Below, in pieces: positions 61,946 to 64,000 of a DNA stretch of 64,000 nt. Numbering within the stretch: position 1 is the stretch's first letter; the number at the start of each line of letters is the position of its first letter. The notes below the pieces were generated by a model, which ran no database searches, was not told where the DNA came from, and saw only the letters and a list, made by a program, of their open reading frames with translations. Location: NCBI GenBank assembly GCA_041640595.1, contig JBEPZY010000007.1, positions 85,611-149,610 of the forward strand. The letters run 5' to 3'. The DNA is from Gemmatales bacterium. Lineage in GTDB: Bacteria; Planctomycetota; Planctomycetia; Gemmatales; HRBIN36. A program made the position numbers and the translations under genes.

Positions 61946-63145
61946 TCAGCGATCCACCTCTCCCATGACTATATCAATGCTGCCGACGATGGCGGGAACA
62001 TCCGCAATCAGGCATCCGCGACAGATTTCGTGGGTTACGCTGAGGTTGCAGAAACTGGATGAACGTGCCCGCACTCGTAGCGGTACACTTTCTTTAGTGG
62101 GCCTGCCCACGACATAAAAGCCCATCTGCCCACGCGGGCATTCGGTCTCCACGTAAGCTTCGCCAGGCGGCAAATGACGCGGCGGCTCGATGCGATGTGA
62201 TCCTTTAGCGGTTTCGTATTTCCGCAATGCCTGTTCGACGATCCGTGCACTCTGCTCCATTTCTTTCATACGGACGTAGAAACGGTGCCAGGCGTCGCCA
62301 ATAACTGCCTCGACCGGAGCGTCGTCGAAAGGCGGAATCGGTACCTCGAAGTCATACTGCTCGTAGCCGCAATACGGCTCGATCTTCCGCAAATCCCAGG
62401 GCGGGTCGCCTTTTGTGCGATTCAGCGAACCGCGCAACATCGGCCCGGTGCAGCAGTACGCGATGGCCATCTCTTTCGGCAGAACACCGATCCCAGCCGT
62501 CCGCTTGATAAAGATGCTATTGCGTGTCAGCAACGTGTGATATTCTTCCAGCCGCGGCACAAACCATTCGAGGAACTTACGGCAGCGGTCGATCCAGCCT
62601 TCGGGCAAATCGTCATGAACGCCGCCTATGGTCACGTAACTATAGGTTAGGCGTGCTCCGCAAACTTCCTCGAACAGGTCAAGGATCATCTCGCGTTCGC
62701 GGAAAGCGTAGAGGAATGGGCTGAACGTGCCCAGGTCTAAGCCATAGGCGCCGATGCCAACTAAGTGGCTGGCGATACGGTTCAGTTCGCAAACGATGAC
62801 ACGGATGACCTGGGCCTTTTCGGGAATCTTGTCGGTCAGGCCGCACAGCTTTTCCACCGCCAGCGAGTAACCGAGATTCATGTTCATCCCAGCCAGGTAA
62901 TCCATGCGATCGGTGTAAGGGATGAACTGAATGGGTGTAACGTTTTCGCCGATTTTCTCTGCACAGCGGTGTAAGTAACCTAGGTGAGGCGTAACTTCGG
63001 ATACCACTTCGCCGTCGGTACGCAGCACGAGGCGCAGAACCCCGTGGGTACTGGGATGTTGCGGCCCCATGCTGACCAGCATTTCGTCGGTACGGACGTC
63101 CATTTCGATAATTTGCTCGGACTCGCCGGCAAAAGTCGTGGACAT
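61946..63145 (-). CDS. nuoD: NADH-quinone oxidoreductase subunit D
   Basis: MGPQHPSTHGVLRL, GYLHRCAEK, DRMDY, ELNRIASHL and DIVMGEVDR motifs. Confidence 0.97.
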   Translation of the reverse strand: MSTTFAGESEQIIEMDVRTDEMLVSMGPQHPSTHGVLRLVLRTDGEVVSEVTPHLGYLHRCAEKIGENVTPIQFIPYTDRMDYLAGMNMNLGYSLAVEKLCGLTDKIPEKAQVIRVIVCELNRIASHLVGIGAYGLDLGTFSPFLYAFREREMILDLFEEVCGARLTYSYVTIGGVHDDLPEGWIDRCRKFLEWFVPRLEEYHTLLTRNSIFIKRTAGIGVLPKEMAIAYCCTGPMLRGSLNRTKGDPPWDLRKIEPYCGYEQYDFEVPIPPFDDAPVEAVIGDAWHRFYVRMKEMEQSARIVEQALRKYETAKGSHRIEPPRHLPPGEAYVETECPRGQMGFYVVGRPTKESVPLRVRARSSSFCNLSVTHEICRGCLIADVPAIVGSIDIVMGEVDR

Positions 63146-63246
63146 CTAAATTCGCTCCTGTGCTTACGTCGGCGACAAGGACTTAAGTGTCCTGCCGCCC
63201 GGAATAGCTGTAGTAAGTTACCTAGGTTTTCGCGTTACGGTTTCAA

Positions 63247-63777
63247 TCAACGACCGCGGATGCCGTGATATTCGAGCGGGAAAATATAGTCCTTGCGGAG
63301 CGGATGACCTTCCCAGTCTTCCGCTAACAGGATGCGCCGCAAGTCAGGATGACCGATAAAGCGAATGCCTACCAGGTCATAAGTTTCGCGTTCATGCCAG
63401 TCGGCTGCTGGCCAGACGCTGGTTACGGATGGAACTTCCGGCAGCTGACCTTCGATATTATCCTTCCAGCGCGGCAAAATCACTTTTACCACGAACCGGT
63501 GGCGCTTGACGAAACTGGACATGTGGTAAACCACTTCCAGATGCGGCTCAAAACCGGCCTTCGCCGCCTTGGCCGGGTCGGGTTCACAGTAATCCACGCC
63601 GGTGATGCAATTGAGCATGTCAAATTGCAAGCGTGGATCGTCTCGCAAAAAACGACAGACCTCGACGATGTCGCCAGCATCTACAACTACATAGGGGTCT
63701 ATGGCATCTGGTTTTTTCTGGCGAATTCGCGGACCGAATTTTTCTTCGAGGATGGCAATGATCTCCGCACCGTGCAT
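63247..63777 (-). CDS. nuoC: NADH-quinone oxidoreductase subunit C
   Basis: ITGVDY and WHERETYDLVGIRFIGHPDLRRILLAEDWEGHPLRKDY motifs. Confidence 0.96.
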   Translation of the reverse strand: MHGAEIIAILEEKFGPRIRQKKPDAIDPYVVVDAGDIVEVCRFLRDDPRLQFDMLNCITGVDYCEPDPAKAAKAGFEPHLEVVYHMSSFVKRHRFVVKVILPRWKDNIEGQLPEVPSVTSVWPAADWHERETYDLVGIRFIGHPDLRRILLAEDWEGHPLRKDYIFPLEYHGIRGR

Positions 63778-63808
63778 GGGTATCTCCCAGGGAGATTGCT
63801 CACAAGTT

Positions 63809-64000
63809 CTAAACCTTTGCCGGTGTGCTAAGTTCCTTACGTCGGCGGCAATATTCGTTGGCTTTTTCCAGGGTCTCGACTTCCGGGGGCAGCTTGACGT
63901 AGCCGCTGCGCGTCGGGACAAGGTAGTCCAGGGGTTGACGCTTGGTGAGATCATGCATAGCCCGGATTTTATCTTGCACACGCATTAAGCCTTCCAACAG
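63809..64000 (-). CDS. nuoB: Probable 3' end of NADH-quinone oxidoreductase subunit B (truncated by the window edge)
   Basis: LLEGLMRVQDKI resembles the NuoB C-terminal helix and lies directly upstream of nuoC. Confidence 0.7.
   Translation of the reverse strand: MLEGLMRVQDKIRAMHDLTKRQPLDYLVPTRSGYVKLPPEVETLEKANEYCRRRKELSTPAKV

Overview
This is a gene-dense, GC-rich bacterial window that I assign to Planctomycetota, probably Gemmatales-like. The assignment rests on DUF1559 prepilin-like genes, DUF1501, a DUF1570-like protein, a PVC-type heme-c dehydrogenase-like protein, a LEPR-XLL-type N-terminus and H4MPT C1 genes. All assignments come from motif recognition by eye; no database search was run. 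Main blocks: (1) ispF flanked by heptamer-based repeat arrays. (2) A ~14 kb uncharacterised minus-strand cluster (2267-16204) with a PaaK-like ligase, three secreted beta-propellers, an EhpF/GriC-type adenylating enzyme plus a GriD/LuxC-like reductase, an Fe-alcohol dehydrogenase, a HemN-like radical SAM enzyme, two GcvH-like lipoyl carriers (one inverted inside the operon) and a tandem-DGC protein. This is the best candidate for an undescribed system. (3) A tetrahydromethanopterin/methylofuran module (mch, orf5, orf7, a PTPS-I/III-motif enzyme, orf17). (4) An orphan M.PvuII-like methyltransferase. (5) Housekeeping genes (ilvE, lolD, lpxA, hemB, HU, leuD, nuoBCD). (6) Three tandem DUF1559 genes with a near-identical hairpin-containing leader and prepilin 5' end, divergent bodies and a mosaic pattern. 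I found no tRNA, rRNA, CRISPR array or transposase.
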